A program made the translations under genes and the position numbers. Shown here in pieces: positions 7,102-17,370 of a stretch of DNA of 64,000 nucleotides. Positions within the stretch are counted from its first letter, which is position 1, and each line of letters begins with the position of its first letter. The stretch lies in sequence record NC_041869.1; one strand, given 5' to 3'. This stretch comes from Escherichia phage APECc02. The notes below the pieces were generated by a model. That model made no database searches. It saw only the letters and a list, made by a program, of their open reading frames with translations, and was not told the origin of the DNA.

Positions 7102-7500
7102 ATGATTTCAGTTTTAACATGGCTGAGTAGGTATAGAGGGATCATAAAAGGTTTAGTTTTTGCAGCTGCGCTAGGTACAGCTTATCTTGGGGCCGTATAT
7201 TGGTTTAACTCTAAGCTTAATGAAGCCTACCAAGAGGGTGTGTCAGCAACAGAGTTAAAGTGGGAACGGATCCTTGATCAGCAACAAAAGCAGGCCGACA
7301 AAATTAAAATGGGCCACGCAGAGGAGGTTAAAAACCTTGAAAAATCCCTTTCTGATCTGCAGGATAAATTAAATATGGCTGAGAAGGCAGGTAAAGAAAA
7401 GCAGATTATCTACCTCCAGTCACCTGAAGGCAAGAAGTCAACACTTCCTGATCAGCTTATAGATATTTATAATGAGAGTATCAATCAGGAGGATCAATGA
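7102..7500 (+). CDS. i-spanin-like protein (N-terminal TM helix plus coiled coil)
   Basis: Hydrophobic segment LVFAAALGTAYLGAVYWF then charged coiled-coil; followed by overlapping lipoprotein gene. Confidence 0.55.
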   Translation: MISVLTWLSRYRGIIKGLVFAAALGTAYLGAVYWFNSKLNEAYQEGVSATELKWERILDQQQKQADKIKMGHAEEVKNLEKSLSDLQDKLNMAEKAGKEKQIIYLQSPEGKKSTLPDQLIDIYNESINQEDQ

Positions 7501-7784
7501 GAGTTGCTACACTGTTTATTGCGTGCTTGTTATTATGTGGGTGTGCAACCAGCGTTGAGAGAGAATACAAGATTGACCCTCCGGATGTAGGAAGGTTGAT
7601 TGTTAAACCCCCGGAAGGTGCCATGAAACCACCTGCTAAAGCTATGCCTTTGAAGAAAGGTGCTCCAGATGCAGTAAATTCTGGCATTATGAGGGATAAT
7701 AATTTGTCTTGTAGCAATGATAGAGCTAAATTGATCATTTTGCAAGACTATATTAGAACACTGTTTCCAAAGGAGAGAGGTTAA
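7497..7784 (+). CDS. o-spanin-like outer-membrane lipoprotein
   Basis: Signal/lipobox LLLCGC then Pro-rich mature region; start overlaps upstream stop (ATGA). Confidence 0.55.
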   Translation: MRVATLFIACLLLCGCATSVEREYKIDPPDVGRLIVKPPEGAMKPPAKAMPLKKGAPDAVNSGIMRDNNLSCSNDRAKLIILQDYIRTLFPKERG

Positions 7785-8218
7785 TGTCTAAGATTTCTAA
7801 GATTTACGGACCGTGTTCTGAAAAGCAGAAGATGATCCTCGAAAACGATGCAGATATTTTGGTAATCGGCGGTGCCGCAGGGTCTGGCAAGTCGTTCCTC
7901 TTGCAGTTGATGCCGCTTAAAATTATTGATGACCCACACAGCTCTGTGGTTATGTTCCGAAGAACAACCCCGCAGTTGGAAGGTGAGGGTGGACTATGGC
8001 CTAAAGCAGTAGCTATTTATAGTGATCTGCCTGAAAACATTAAGCCAAAGTTTAGAGAGAAGGATCATAAGTTCATTTTTCCACGGTTTGATCCGAGCAC
8101 TGGCAAGTGGGATAGAAGCAAAAAGGGAGCTGTTGTAAAATACTGCCACATGGAGTATGTACAAGATAAGCTTAACCATCAGGGGCTTGAGTACACCATG
8201 GTTTGCTTCGATGAGGGT
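7784..8218 (+). CDS. terminase large subunit, exon 1 (ATPase domain)
   Basis: Walker A GGAAGSGKS, Walker B-like MVCFDE; ORF stops at 8219-8221 immediately after DEG, inside intron. Confidence 0.75.
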
Positions 8219-9101
8219 TAATTTGTAGCTCTCGTAAAACCTCCCTAATTGCGGGGAAATCTTTATTATTGACACCACCAACCTGTTATGGTAACATAAT
8301 AGAGGCTTCGAAGAGAGATCGAAGGTATGGTAACAGTGTGTTAATTTAGATAATCCGCAGCGAAGCATCCGAGAGGATGAACGTTCAACGACTAGTCGAA
8401 AGACGTAGAATCAAGCGATTCGAAACGGGAGGGTGAATGTGTAATACTAAAAAATGTATGGATTGCCAAAGAGTTCTGCCTATTGATGATTTCTTTTTAT
8501 CATCTAAGAGCAAGGATGGATACTCAGGTACATGCAAGGAATGCTATATGTACTACAGGAAGGGTGGATCTCGTAAAAACAAAAATATGGTTAAGAGAGA
8601 TGACGCAGCATTGTTTATTCAAGACTTGCTGAAGAAAGGTGAACTTTTTGAATGCAAATCTTGTCATGAAAGTATGCTCGCTGATAGTTTTTACACAAAA
8701 CGTGACTATGGTAAAGTATATCTGGTTACGAACAGGTGTAAGATGTGTGAAAAGTTTTATCAGATTGAGAAGAAATTTCACATAACAAAAGATGAATACT
8801 ATCGTCTACTCTCAGATCAAGATCATAAGTGTGCCATTTGTAGAATATCTCTTAATGAGTATAGGACGCAAGGGTACAGAGATTTCTTTTGTGTTGATCA
8901 TGACCATAAAACTGGTGCTGTAAGAGGGTTGCTTTGTGATAAATGCAACAGAGCTTTAGGTTTCTTCCAAGAAGATGAGGAAACTATTCTTAGAGCGGCA
9001 GAGTATTTACACATTCATAAGATATAGTCTGGTCTGCATGGAGACATGCAGCTGCCTGAAAATGGCGGGGCAAGACTAGCGACCTTGCCCGAACATAAAC
9101 G
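8219..9101 (+). mobile_element. group I intron with embedded HNH homing endonuclease gene
   Basis: Conserved core elements P (aattgcggggaaatc 8247-8260), Q (aatccgcagc 8352-8361), R (gttcaacgactagtc 8383-8397), S-like (9072-9084); exon 1 ends in T 8218, intron ends in G 9101; flanking exons are in frame. Confidence 0.75.
8437..9027 (+). CDS. HNH (endonuclease VII-like) homing endonuclease, intron-encoded
   Basis: GGGAGGG RBS; Cys-rich N-terminus; motif FCVDHDHKTGAVRGLLCDKCNRALG. Confidence 0.8.
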   Translation: MCNTKKCMDCQRVLPIDDFFLSSKSKDGYSGTCKECYMYYRKGGSRKNKNMVKRDDAALFIQDLLKKGELFECKSCHESMLADSFYTKRDYGKVYLVTNRCKMCEKFYQIEKKFHITKDEYYRLLSDQDHKCAICRISLNEYRTQGYRDFFCVDHDHKTGAVRGLLCDKCNRALGFFQEDEETILRAAEYLHIHKI

Positions 9102-10223
9102 ACACAGTTCGAATGGGAGCAGATAGACTATCTGATGTCTCGTCTGCGATCTCAGTCAAAGTATCCATCAAGAATGGTTATCAGCTGTAACCCTGATTCA
9201 GAACACATGCTTGCCAAACTGGTTAGGTGGTGGTTGGACGATGAAGGGTATCCAGATCCGGAGAAATGTGGTAAGAAAAGGTATTTTATCAGGCGTGACG
9301 GTGAATTTATCTGGGGAGACTCTAAAGAGGAGTTGATAGAGAAATACACCACGGTTAACGGACTGGGTGTGGAGATCAAGCCAAGACCGTTGTCATTCTC
9401 GTTTATAGGCGCAACAATATTCGATAATCCTGTCTGCTTGAGAGACAACCCAGAATACCTTGCTTTCCTTGAAGGTCTGCCTGAGCTTGAAAAAGCCCAG
9501 CTTCTTCATGGTAACTGGTTTGCAAAGCCTGAGGGTGCAAACTATTTTCAAAGATCTTTCCTTCGTGATGCCGATAGAGTACCTCTTGGATCAGTGTCTT
9601 GCAGGGCATGGGATAAAGCAGGAACCGAGAGAACTTCCGGTAATAAATTTCCTGACTTTACCGCCAGTGTCAAGGTAAGTAAAGATAGCGACGGCTTTTA
9701 TTACCTGTCCGGGGATTATTGTCCTGAGAACGTGGATGACGGGAGGTATTCCACAGGTCTGGAAGGCAAGTTCTGTAAAAAGGCTGGTGAACGAGATGTG
9801 ATCATCAGGAAACAGGCGCAGTTTGATGGTGATGATTGTATAATCGTATTCTCTGTGGACCCCGGTCAGGCAGGTAAGAGTGAGTTCTTAACCTCCTCCA
9901 GATCCTTGCTTGCCGAAGGGTTTAGGGTTGAAGAAGACCCAATGCCTTCCAACAAATCTAAACTGACAAGGTTCTCACCTTTTGCCAATCTTGCCCAACA
10001 AGGAATGGTGAGGATTGTAAAATCCAGTTTCCATCCTGATACTCTGGAAGCATTTCTGACTGAACTTGAAAAATTCAACGGGGAAAGATCAACATTTAAC
10101 AGAAAAGACGACTGGGCCGACTGTGTAGCTTCTGCGATTAATTTCCTGGAGAAAGAGGAGGTAGCACTTCCTTGTGTGATTCCATCAATCTCATCACCTT
10201 CTATGTTCAAGCGTTTTATCTAA
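9102..10223 (+). CDS. terminase large subunit, exon 2 (nuclease domain)
   Basis: Same frame as exon 1 when 8219-9101 is removed, giving ...FDEG-TQFEWEQIDYLMSRL...; long ORF directly upstream of portal gene. Confidence 0.7.
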   Translation, partial: TQFEWEQIDYLMSRLRSQSKYPSRMVISCNPDSEHMLAKLVRWWLDDEGYPDPEKCGKKRYFIRRDGEFIWGDSKEELIEKYTTVNGLGVEIKPRPLSFSFIGATIFDNPVCLRDNPEYLAFLEGLPELEKAQLLHGNWFAKPEGANYFQRSFLRDADRVPLGSVSCRAWDKAGTERTSGNKFPDFTASVKVSKDSDGFYYLSGDYCPENVDDGRYSTGLEGKFCKKAGERDVIIRKQAQFDGDDCIIVFSVDPGQAGKSEFLTSSRSLLAEGFRVEEDPMPSNKSKLTRFSPFANLAQQGMVRIVKSSFHPDTLEAFLTELEKFNGERSTFNRKDDWADCVASAINFLEKEEVALPCVIPSISSPSMFKRFI

Positions 10224-10226
10224 GTG

Positions 10227-10255
10227 TTGCCAATCTTAATTAGATGTGGTAGAAT
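10227..10255 (+). promoter_or_regulatory. promoter TTGCCA-17-TAGAAT (TGGTAGAAT extended -10)
   Basis: Between terL and portal. Confidence 0.35.
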
Positions 10256-10273
10256 AGAGTAATCGGAGATACT

Positions 10274-10300
10274 AGCCCTCTAACACGAGGGCTATTTTGT
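10274..10300 (+). terminator. hairpin AGCCCTC-TAACAC-GAGGGCT followed by T-rich tract (attenuator/terminator candidate)
   Basis: Perfect 7-bp stem, then ATTTTGTT. Confidence 0.35.
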
Positions 10301-10325
10301 TATACTGTTTTGAGGGGTAAAGCTT

Positions 10326-11882
10326 GTGTCCAAAAAGAACCGCAGGAAACACAACGCCACAGCCAAAACTGTGAATAAATCTGGGAACGCAGGCGCACCA
10401 ACTCATAATGTTCGTATGAGTGAGATCGGTTCTGGCGCACTTTCCCAAATTATGGCAGAATCGCAATCTATGATGGTTGAGGAATTGCGTTGGCCTCAGC
10501 TGATTGCCACCGTGGAGACTATGAAATGTGATTCCACAGTTGCTACTGCCTTAGATACAAAATATGTTTTCATCACGAAAGCATTCAATGATTTTAAGAT
10601 CCTCTATAATGTTAAAAGTGAAGACTCTAAGAAAGCTGCCGAGCTTATAGAGTATTCTTTGCGTAATTTGGCAAACCAACAAACTCTTCGAGATATTGCA
10701 AGAAGCGCAGCTACCTTTAACGAGTATGGTTTTTCACTGTTTGAGAAAGTATACCGCAGAGAGAAAGAAGGTAAATATGCCGGGATGCTTCTTATTGATA
10801 AAATTGCATTCCGACCTCAGGCCAGTTTGTCCAGATCAGAGCCGTTTGTCTTTGACAAGAATAGTAGAACACTGACAGGTATTTATCAATCACCTAATGC
10901 ATTTCTAAACACTCAGAATGCACGCTGGGCTGGACCTCTTGCTGCAATGCCTTCAAAAGGCTTTAATGAGCCTGAAATTTTCATCCCTGCTAAAAAGCTT
11001 ATGCTCATGACCCTGTCAGGAACAGAATCTAACCCTGCAGGTGTGTCACCGATGATAGGTTGCTACAGATCTTTCCGTGAGAAAGTTCTGATTGAAAACC
11101 TTGAGGTTGTTGGCTGTTCCAAAGACCTTGGTGGTGTGCTTGAGCTGAAAATTCCTTCCAATATTTTGAACAAGGCCAGCATTGACCCGAATTCAATGGA
11201 AGGGAGAATGGTTGCAGACCTTATGCTTGACGCAGCAAACGCCCATAGTGGTGAGCAAAGTTTCTTTATACTTCCGTCTGATAGAGATAAGTCTGGTAAA
11301 GAGCTTTACTCCATGACCCTGAAGGGGGTTGACGGTATGGGTAAGCAGTATTCCACTAAAGATTTGATTGATGCCCGTAAGAAGGCGATTCTTGACCGTT
11401 TCGGTGCTGGCTTTATTAACCTCGGTAACGATAACGTTGGATCCTTCTCTCTGTCTGAGTCAAAACAGTCTATCCATGGTCATTTTGTTCAGCGTGATAT
11501 AGATATTATCACTGAGGCCTTCAATAAAGATCTTATTCCACAGCTTCTGGCATTGAATGGTATCATCCTTGAAGATGATGATATGCCTAAACTGAAACCT
11601 GGTCTGATTGAAGAAGTGGATATGGAGAGCTTCTCCAAGTTTGTCCAGAGGATCGGTGCTGTAGGTTACTTGCCAAAAACTCCTGCAGTAATTAATAAGA
11701 TTCTTGAAGTTGGCGGGTTTGATGAAAGATTTGACGAGGACATGGATCAGGAAGAGCTGATGAAGCTCTTGGGCCAGGACATTAGTAGGGCTGGTGATGG
11801 AATGGCTGCAGGATCCACTGGCAACGGCACTTCTAAGATGTCATCAACCAGAGATAATTCCATATCCAACATGGAAAATTAA
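10326..11882 (+). CDS. portal protein (putative)
   Basis: GTG start; 518 aa; position directly after terminase and before scaffold/capsid genes. Confidence 0.55.
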   Translation: MSKKNRRKHNATAKTVNKSGNAGAPTHNVRMSEIGSGALSQIMAESQSMMVEELRWPQLIATVETMKCDSTVATALDTKYVFITKAFNDFKILYNVKSEDSKKAAELIEYSLRNLANQQTLRDIARSAATFNEYGFSLFEKVYRREKEGKYAGMLLIDKIAFRPQASLSRSEPFVFDKNSRTLTGIYQSPNAFLNTQNARWAGPLAAMPSKGFNEPEIFIPAKKLMLMTLSGTESNPAGVSPMIGCYRSFREKVLIENLEVVGCSKDLGGVLELKIPSNILNKASIDPNSMEGRMVADLMLDAANAHSGEQSFFILPSDRDKSGKELYSMTLKGVDGMGKQYSTKDLIDARKKAILDRFGAGFINLGNDNVGSFSLSESKQSIHGHFVQRDIDIITEAFNKDLIPQLLALNGIILEDDDMPKLKPGLIEEVDMESFSKFVQRIGAVGYLPKTPAVINKILEVGGFDERFDEDMDQEELMKLLGQDISRAGDGMAAGSTGNGTSKMSSTRDNSISNMEN

Positions 11883-11949
11883 AAATTATCAACACAGGGG
11901 GTTGCAAAACCTCCTTTGGCGTGATAAAATAATCCACATGGGGAATAAG

Positions 11950-12369
11950 ATGCCACAGGAAGAAATGATTTCCTACGAAATCATCTACGAACCTGACACT
12001 AAAGATGCTCACGGTGAGTGGATGAGTAAAGACACCATCAAAAAGGCTAAAGATAACTGGGACGCAGCATACGCCGCAGGCCTAGTTTCTGAAAACCTTT
12101 TTCACTTGACCTCTACAGATGCTTTCACTATTGAAAAGACGTGGATTCAAGAAGAGTTTGATGTTGTAGTAATTGGCACTGAGCAGGTCATCAAGGCTGG
12201 CTCTTGGGTTGCTAAAGTTAAATACAATAATCCTGAATTATGGGAAGCTAAGAAGGCTGGCATTGTTGGTGGCCTAAGCATTCAGGCAACAGGTAATGTT
12301 GATGAAGAAACTGGTGAAATTACCAACGTAAACTTCGGGATCAGTGTTGTAGAAGAGGGCAATGAATAA
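11950..12369 (+). CDS. head morphogenesis protein (hypothetical)
   Basis: 139 aa ORF between portal and scaffold. Confidence 0.4.
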   Translation: MPQEEMISYEIIYEPDTKDAHGEWMSKDTIKKAKDNWDAAYAAGLVSENLFHLTSTDAFTIEKTWIQEEFDVVVIGTEQVIKAGSWVAKVKYNNPELWEAKKAGIVGGLSIQATGNVDEETGEITNVNFGISVVEEGNE

Positions 12370-13346
12370 TGTCTGAAAAAACGATTACTATTAAAGAGAA
12401 GGGGATTGCCCTGTGCCATAAGGCGCAAGGCTATAGCGCTAACAACAGACCTGTATCTCTTTTGATGAAGAGTGATCTTAAGCCTGAGCAGTTAACAGAC
12501 GATATTGTTAAGGCACTTCGCCAAGTTACTGTGGAGCTTAGTTTTGAAGAATACCTGCGTCGTTTCTTCGATATGTGGTATGATGATGCTAAAGCACTTG
12601 CACACATGCTCGGTTTTGAGATTGAAGAGGAGGCTTGGGCTAAAGAGCATCCTGATTGGGAATGGGCGCAAGCTGACGCAGAGTCTTGTATTGCATGGCT
12701 GGAAGAGCGTTGTGATAACGTGACCATTCATAAAGCTGCAAAAGAAGGTAAGCAGCTTAGCGTGGTAGATCAGTACAGCCTGTTAAAAACACAACAGATT
12801 TTTGAACAAGTAACCGCTGATCTCTTCGATAAAGAAGGGAACCTGATCAAGGCGGTACAGGAACCCGCTGAGGTGGATAAAACTGCCGAGGTGGATGATG
12901 TTGCAAAATCCGCAAATACCGAGGAGAATCCGGTGGACGTAACCAAAACTAAAGAGTATCTGGATCTGCTGAAGCAAGTAGAAGAGCTGAAAGCAACCCA
13001 GAGTAAAGCTGAAGAAATCATCAAGGCCCAGGTTGAAGTTGAAAAAGCTAAAATGCTGACTAAGGCTCAAGCTTTAAGCTTTGTTGGTGAAGAAGATCAT
13101 GCAACCCTGGTTGACTTCATGCTGGAAAAAGCTAACGAACCTATCGTAGCTATGCTGGAGAAAGCTCAAGCAAAAATTGAAGAGCTGGAAGCAGAGGTGC
13201 ATAAAACCAAAGAAGAGTTTGCCACCACTGAACATGGTAATGATGGCGAACCTGTTGTGGATGATATTGCGAAATCCGCAGAAGAAATTCTTGCTGAAAA
13301 CGTTGCAAAAGCACTTGCTCGTGCACGTGCAGAATCTACCAAATAA
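12369..13346 (+). CDS. capsid scaffolding protein (putative)
   Basis: 325 aa, acidic, long predicted coiled coil, immediately upstream of decoration and capsid genes. Confidence 0.5.
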   Translation: MSEKTITIKEKGIALCHKAQGYSANNRPVSLLMKSDLKPEQLTDDIVKALRQVTVELSFEEYLRRFFDMWYDDAKALAHMLGFEIEEEAWAKEHPDWEWAQADAESCIAWLEERCDNVTIHKAAKEGKQLSVVDQYSLLKTQQIFEQVTADLFDKEGNLIKAVQEPAEVDKTAEVDDVAKSANTEENPVDVTKTKEYLDLLKQVEELKATQSKAEEIIKAQVEVEKAKMLTKAQALSFVGEEDHATLVDFMLEKANEPIVAMLEKAQAKIEELEAEVHKTKEEFATTEHGNDGEPVVDDIAKSAEEILAENVAKALARARAESTK

Positions 13347-13365
13347 GACATTAACGGGGAAATAA

Positions 13366-13755
13366 ATGATTACCGCTCAATATTCTGATATCGTGCTCGG
13401 CAAAGTTGATTCTAGCGATGCTGGCTACAATTTTAAAGAGATGGAAATTACACTGACAGAGCACCATCATGCTGGTACTGTTGTAACAGAAACTGGCACT
13501 ATCGCTAACGATGATGGCTCAGACGTTTATGGTGTTCTTGTAGACCGAGCTCTGGTAAAAGATGCAGGAAAAGTTCATCTCGCTGAGCCTCTGCAAACAG
13601 GTCAGAAATATAAACTGGTTGTTGCAGTTCACGGTGTTACCTTTGCAAAAGATAAGCTGCTAGGGTCTAACGGTGAAGCAGCTAAGCAGGCTGTTCTTGA
13701 AAAGCTGGAAGCTCTGGGTAACAAAGTTCACGTCCAGACTCTTGGTGAAGAGTAA
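13366..13755 (+). CDS. head decoration protein (lambda D-like position and size)
   Basis: 129 aa ORF between scaffold and major capsid gene. Confidence 0.5.
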   Translation: MITAQYSDIVLGKVDSSDAGYNFKEMEITLTEHHHAGTVVTETGTIANDDGSDVYGVLVDRALVKDAGKVHLAEPLQTGQKYKLVVAVHGVTFAKDKLLGSNGEAAKQAVLEKLEALGNKVHVQTLGEE

Positions 13756-13803
13756 GCCCTAAATTGTTCGGGAAAATATTTAAGTTTTACTTTGGAGAAA
13801 TAA

Positions 13804-14811
13804 ATGATTACTCGTAAAGATGAATTTGGCATTGTTGATTTAGGTGCTACTCTGGACCTTGTTCCGCGTCAATTCCGACTGATTACTGGTATGGATCTGT
13901 TCGAAACCCGTCTCGGCACCTCAACAATTGCTCAGATTGAGCGTGTTGATGAAGTTGTAACCGACATTCCGGCACGCCGTCGTGGTGGTGAGCGTAACTA
14001 CGTTGGTAGTGAACGTGCTCAGGTTAAAAACCTGAACATCCCGTTCTTCCCTCTGGACAAAGGCATCACCGCAGCAGATGTTCAGAACTTCCGTCGTTAC
14101 TTCACCCCTGATGCTCCGAAAACTGTTCAGGACGTAGTAACCCGCGTTGTTCGCCGTATCCGTGTTTCTCATGAAGCACTGCGTGAGAAAGCGCTGTTCC
14201 AGGCTATTCTGGGTAAATCCTATGCACCTGGTGACACAACCTGTCAGTATGACTACTACACTCTGTGGGGTGTGTCTCAGAAGTCTGTTGAGATTGACCC
14301 TGCAAAAGCAGATCAGGATCCGATGGAGGTTCTGGAAGAAGCTCGTCTGCACATCGCGCTGCAAGCTGGCGATAACGCAGCTGGCTATCGTATTGTAGCC
14401 CTGTGCTCACCAGAGTTCTTCAGTGCTATTACCCATCACCCTCTGGTAGAACTGGCATACACCTATTACGGCTCTGCTCAGGAACCTCTGCGTCGCCGTC
14501 TGGGTGCTGGCGGTCAAGACAGCGTATACCGTGTGTTTGAGCATAAAGGTATCACCTTTATCGAAGATATCTCTGGCAATATTCCTAAGAAAGAAGCTCG
14601 CATTCTGCCGATGGGTATTGATCAGATGTTCCAGCTGCACTTTGCTCCGGCAGACGATGTTAACGAAGCAAACACTCCAGCACAGGAACTGTACATGTGG
14701 TATAAACACTCTGCATACCTGCGTGAAGAGAAGATTGAATCTGAAACTTCCATGCTGGCAGTTAACACCCGCCCAGAGCTGGTTGTTAAAGTAACTCTGA
14801 AAAGTGAATAA
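13804..14811 (+). CDS. major capsid protein
   Basis: 335 aa; gene order; highly expressed-type codon usage; strong terminator downstream; C-terminal SMLAVNTRPELV resembles lambda E-type ending. Confidence 0.7.
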   Translation: MITRKDEFGIVDLGATLDLVPRQFRLITGMDLFETRLGTSTIAQIERVDEVVTDIPARRRGGERNYVGSERAQVKNLNIPFFPLDKGITAADVQNFRRYFTPDAPKTVQDVVTRVVRRIRVSHEALREKALFQAILGKSYAPGDTTCQYDYYTLWGVSQKSVEIDPAKADQDPMEVLEEARLHIALQAGDNAAGYRIVALCSPEFFSAITHHPLVELAYTYYGSAQEPLRRRLGAGGQDSVYRVFEHKGITFIEDISGNIPKKEARILPMGIDQMFQLHFAPADDVNEANTPAQELYMWYKHSAYLREEKIESETSMLAVNTRPELVVKVTLKSE

Positions 14812-14835
14812 TCACTAAGGTGATTCATCCCATAT

Positions 14836-14866
14836 GGGGAGGGGGTTCTCCCCTCCCCTTTTTATT
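14836..14866 (+). terminator. rho-independent terminator
   Basis: GGGGAGGGGG-TTCT-CCCCTCCCC followed by TTTTTATTTATT. Confidence 0.7.
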
Positions 14867-14891
14867 TATTAGGGTTTACCAGGAGTGTCCC

Positions 14892-15737
14892 GTGAAGAGA
14901 GCTGTATATCCAGTTGAGTATGATCCTCTATTAAGAGTTTTCAACAATCAGTTAAGTTTTTATCAATTTTTAGCACAATATAATCCAGAAATCAATGTTG
15001 GTTTATCAGCCCTGCTGCCACCAACAGAATTCGTTATCGGCAGTGTTCACTATCCATGTAGAACGATTGTAGACTTCTTCGAGAAGATTGCAAAACATAC
15101 AGGCCTGCCAATTGATACTGGTATTTCAACTATCCGTATGGGTGTTATTCTTCTGTTCTTCACAGAGAACCTTGATGAAAGCACTTTAACACTGCAAAGC
15201 GGGGATGTCAATATCACACTCACCCCGTCAGTGTTTAAAGAGGTAGATGCGGCTTTCCAAGTTTCCGTGGCAGAGGGCCATCTATGGGACCCTGTAGGGA
15301 TGCCTAAAAAAGTGACCATAAACGATGAGCAATGCAACATTGTTTATGAAGAAGATACCCAAACTTTCACCATTGAGTGGCCTAAGAAACGTTCTCAGGT
15401 TGTAAATCTTGGGCTGGTTTCTACGATAGCTCCACCGCCTGAACCAGAGCCTGAGCCGCCTGTAGGCCCTACTGAACCCAGTGGTGACGGTGAAGAATCT
15501 CCAGATCCGGCTGCACCGGAAGGCACTGAGCAGGATCCTGAACAGGCACAAGAATCAAGATCTTCTCGCAGTGATGTTGATGCCCTACTACAGCAGGCCG
15601 CAGCTCTTAACAACGAAGATGACAAAAGTGGTTCAAAAGATGCACTCCAAACCTTCGCCAAAGAGTACGGTGTTACCTTAAGTAAGGCAAAAACTTTCCA
15701 AAATATGATGAAAGATTTTGAGGCTGCACTGGCATAA
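14892..15737 (+). CDS. hypothetical structural protein with PEPEPEPP low-complexity linker
   Basis: GTG 14892 with AGGAG RBS. Confidence 0.45.
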   Translation: MKRAVYPVEYDPLLRVFNNQLSFYQFLAQYNPEINVGLSALLPPTEFVIGSVHYPCRTIVDFFEKIAKHTGLPIDTGISTIRMGVILLFFTENLDESTLTLQSGDVNITLTPSVFKEVDAAFQVSVAEGHLWDPVGMPKKVTINDEQCNIVYEEDTQTFTIEWPKKRSQVVNLGLVSTIAPPPEPEPEPPVGPTEPSGDGEESPDPAAPEGTEQDPEQAQESRSSRSDVDALLQQAAALNNEDDKSGSKDALQTFAKEYGVTLSKAKTFQNMMKDFEAALA

Positions 15738-15796
15738 TTTTGTTAAGGCCCCTTCCAAATCAGGAATGGGGCTTTATTTTTACGAGGTATTTTCAA

Positions 15797-16417
15797 ATGG
15801 CATGGTATGAAGATGAAGAGATTATCACGTCCCCGCCTAACCATGATGGTGTAGTTGATACCCCAGAAGAACCACCAAAAGAAGATCCTGTACCTCCGGA
15901 ACCTGATCCAGACCAACCTCTTATTAATATTATGAGGTTGTTGCTTGGCAATGTTGATGAGGAAACCCTCCCTGACGAGGTAATTAAAACATTCCTTGAC
16001 ATGGAGAAGCTGAAACTAAATTATCCGGCAGACCCTGATAAGCTACCTCTGCTTAAGTACAATGTGCTTGTGCAGCTTGTGCGGTGGCTGATGATGCAGG
16101 AAGTGTCCAGCGGTAATGCAAGTATAACTTCCCGTCTGGAAAAAATAGGTGATGAGACCATAGAGATTCGTGGTGGATCTTCCTACGCCCAATGGAAAGA
16201 CTTTCTTGATTGGCTGCTGGCACACCCTGACTATGTAGATTCTGAGCTGGATGCTTACAGCAGAATGATTATCATTGGTGGTGTTCGTGTAGACGAAGGA
16301 ATTCGGGTTAAATTTAATGAAAACAGCAACGGACCGTTCGATGTCCAGGGGATTACACCTATCAGTGGTCTAAATAACCAACCTCCTCGCCACCCAAGAC
16401 GCAAACGCAGTTTTTAA
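15797..16417 (+). CDS. head-tail connector/adaptor protein (putative)
   Basis: 206 aa; position between capsid and tail genes. Confidence 0.4.
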   Translation: MAWYEDEEIITSPPNHDGVVDTPEEPPKEDPVPPEPDPDQPLINIMRLLLGNVDEETLPDEVIKTFLDMEKLKLNYPADPDKLPLLKYNVLVQLVRWLMMQEVSSGNASITSRLEKIGDETIEIRGGSSYAQWKDFLDWLLAHPDYVDSELDAYSRMIIIGGVRVDEGIRVKFNENSNGPFDVQGITPISGLNNQPPRHPRRKRSF

Positions 16418-16423
16418 AAATTG

Positions 16424-16452
16424 TTGCTTTTGATGTATCTTTGTGGTAAAAT
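16424..16452 (+). promoter_or_regulatory. promoter TTGCTT-17-TAAAAT with TGGTAAAAT extended -10
   Basis: Upstream of 16471 gene. Confidence 0.4.
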
Positions 16453-16470
16453 ACATTAGTGAGGGATATA

Positions 16471-16929
16471 ATGCTAAAGGTTAAATGTCAAACAAGGTTC
16501 AACCTAAAGCGCTTAGATCGCTTCTACAAAGACCTTGTGAGACTTGAAAGTAAAACAATAACCTACGGCTTTTATGACGAACCTCACCCGTCAGGCTTAA
16601 ATATGGCAACATTGGCAGCCATTCACAACTTCGGTTGGAACGGGCTGCCTGTTCGCAATTTCATGGAGACAGCCTTTGCATTTCATAGTGCTCAACTGCA
16701 GACTTTGACAGAAAAATTGTTGAGAGCTATGGCTAGAGGATCAAGTGCAGAGGCTATTCTTAAGCAGATGGGGGACACAGGGGCCAAAGCTATCCAGTTT
16801 GTTATTGAGGCTGGGCAGTTTAGTAATCCTACTGTTAGTGAGCAGTGGGCACAAGAAAAGGGCTTCAACGAGGCTATGCGGCATTACGATGTGCTGCTTG
16901 AATCTGCAACCTTTAAAATCGGACAGTAA
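16471..16929 (+). CDS. hypothetical head-tail joining protein
   Basis: 152 aa, GAGGGA RBS. Confidence 0.4.
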   Translation: MLKVKCQTRFNLKRLDRFYKDLVRLESKTITYGFYDEPHPSGLNMATLAAIHNFGWNGLPVRNFMETAFAFHSAQLQTLTEKLLRAMARGSSAEAILKQMGDTGAKAIQFVIEAGQFSNPTVSEQWAQEKGFNEAMRHYDVLLESATFKIGQ

Positions 16930-16944
16930 AAATAAGGGGGTTGA

Positions 16945-17370
16945 GTGGCAGCAGGTTATAAGCTGATAGGAAAGAACAGACTAATACCTCGTAAAACATT
17001 CAAAGGTCGCCACAGAGTGTATAACAAAACAGTTGGTGGCCCTTTTGCCAACGAGGGGTTAGAACTTGAGTATGAAGAGTTCGATGTCTTAGAGTGCGTT
17101 GTGCAGCCGTTGACAGGAAGGGCAGCTAAAGATTACTCCTCTCAAATAAACCCTGAAGGTGACAGACAGTACGAGGCTTTTACAGTTTACTCCTCAACCA
17201 AGTTGTATAGTCCGGATGAAGGAACATATGCAATGGCTGACCAAATTCAGCTGCCCGACATCCGTGGTGACTTGAAATGGTTTACTGTTTTAAAATGCGA
17301 TGCATATGTTACCTCTGGTGGTGGGAGATATAGATTTTTTGTGGTAGAAGAGCCTGAAGGAGAAAACTGA
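16945..17370 (+). CDS. hypothetical head-tail joining protein
   Basis: GTG start, 141 aa. Confidence 0.4.
   Translation: MAAGYKLIGKNRLIPRKTFKGRHRVYNKTVGGPFANEGLELEYEEFDVLECVVQPLTGRAAKDYSSQINPEGDRQYEAFTVYSSTKLYSPDEGTYAMADQIQLPDIRGDLKWFTVLKCDAYVTSGGGRYRFFVVEEPEGEN

Noticed and set aside
7784-10223. Terminase encoded as two separate genes split by a free-standing endonuclease
   Set aside because: The intervening sequence carries group I intron core elements and splice-compatible boundaries that restore a single in-frame terminase.
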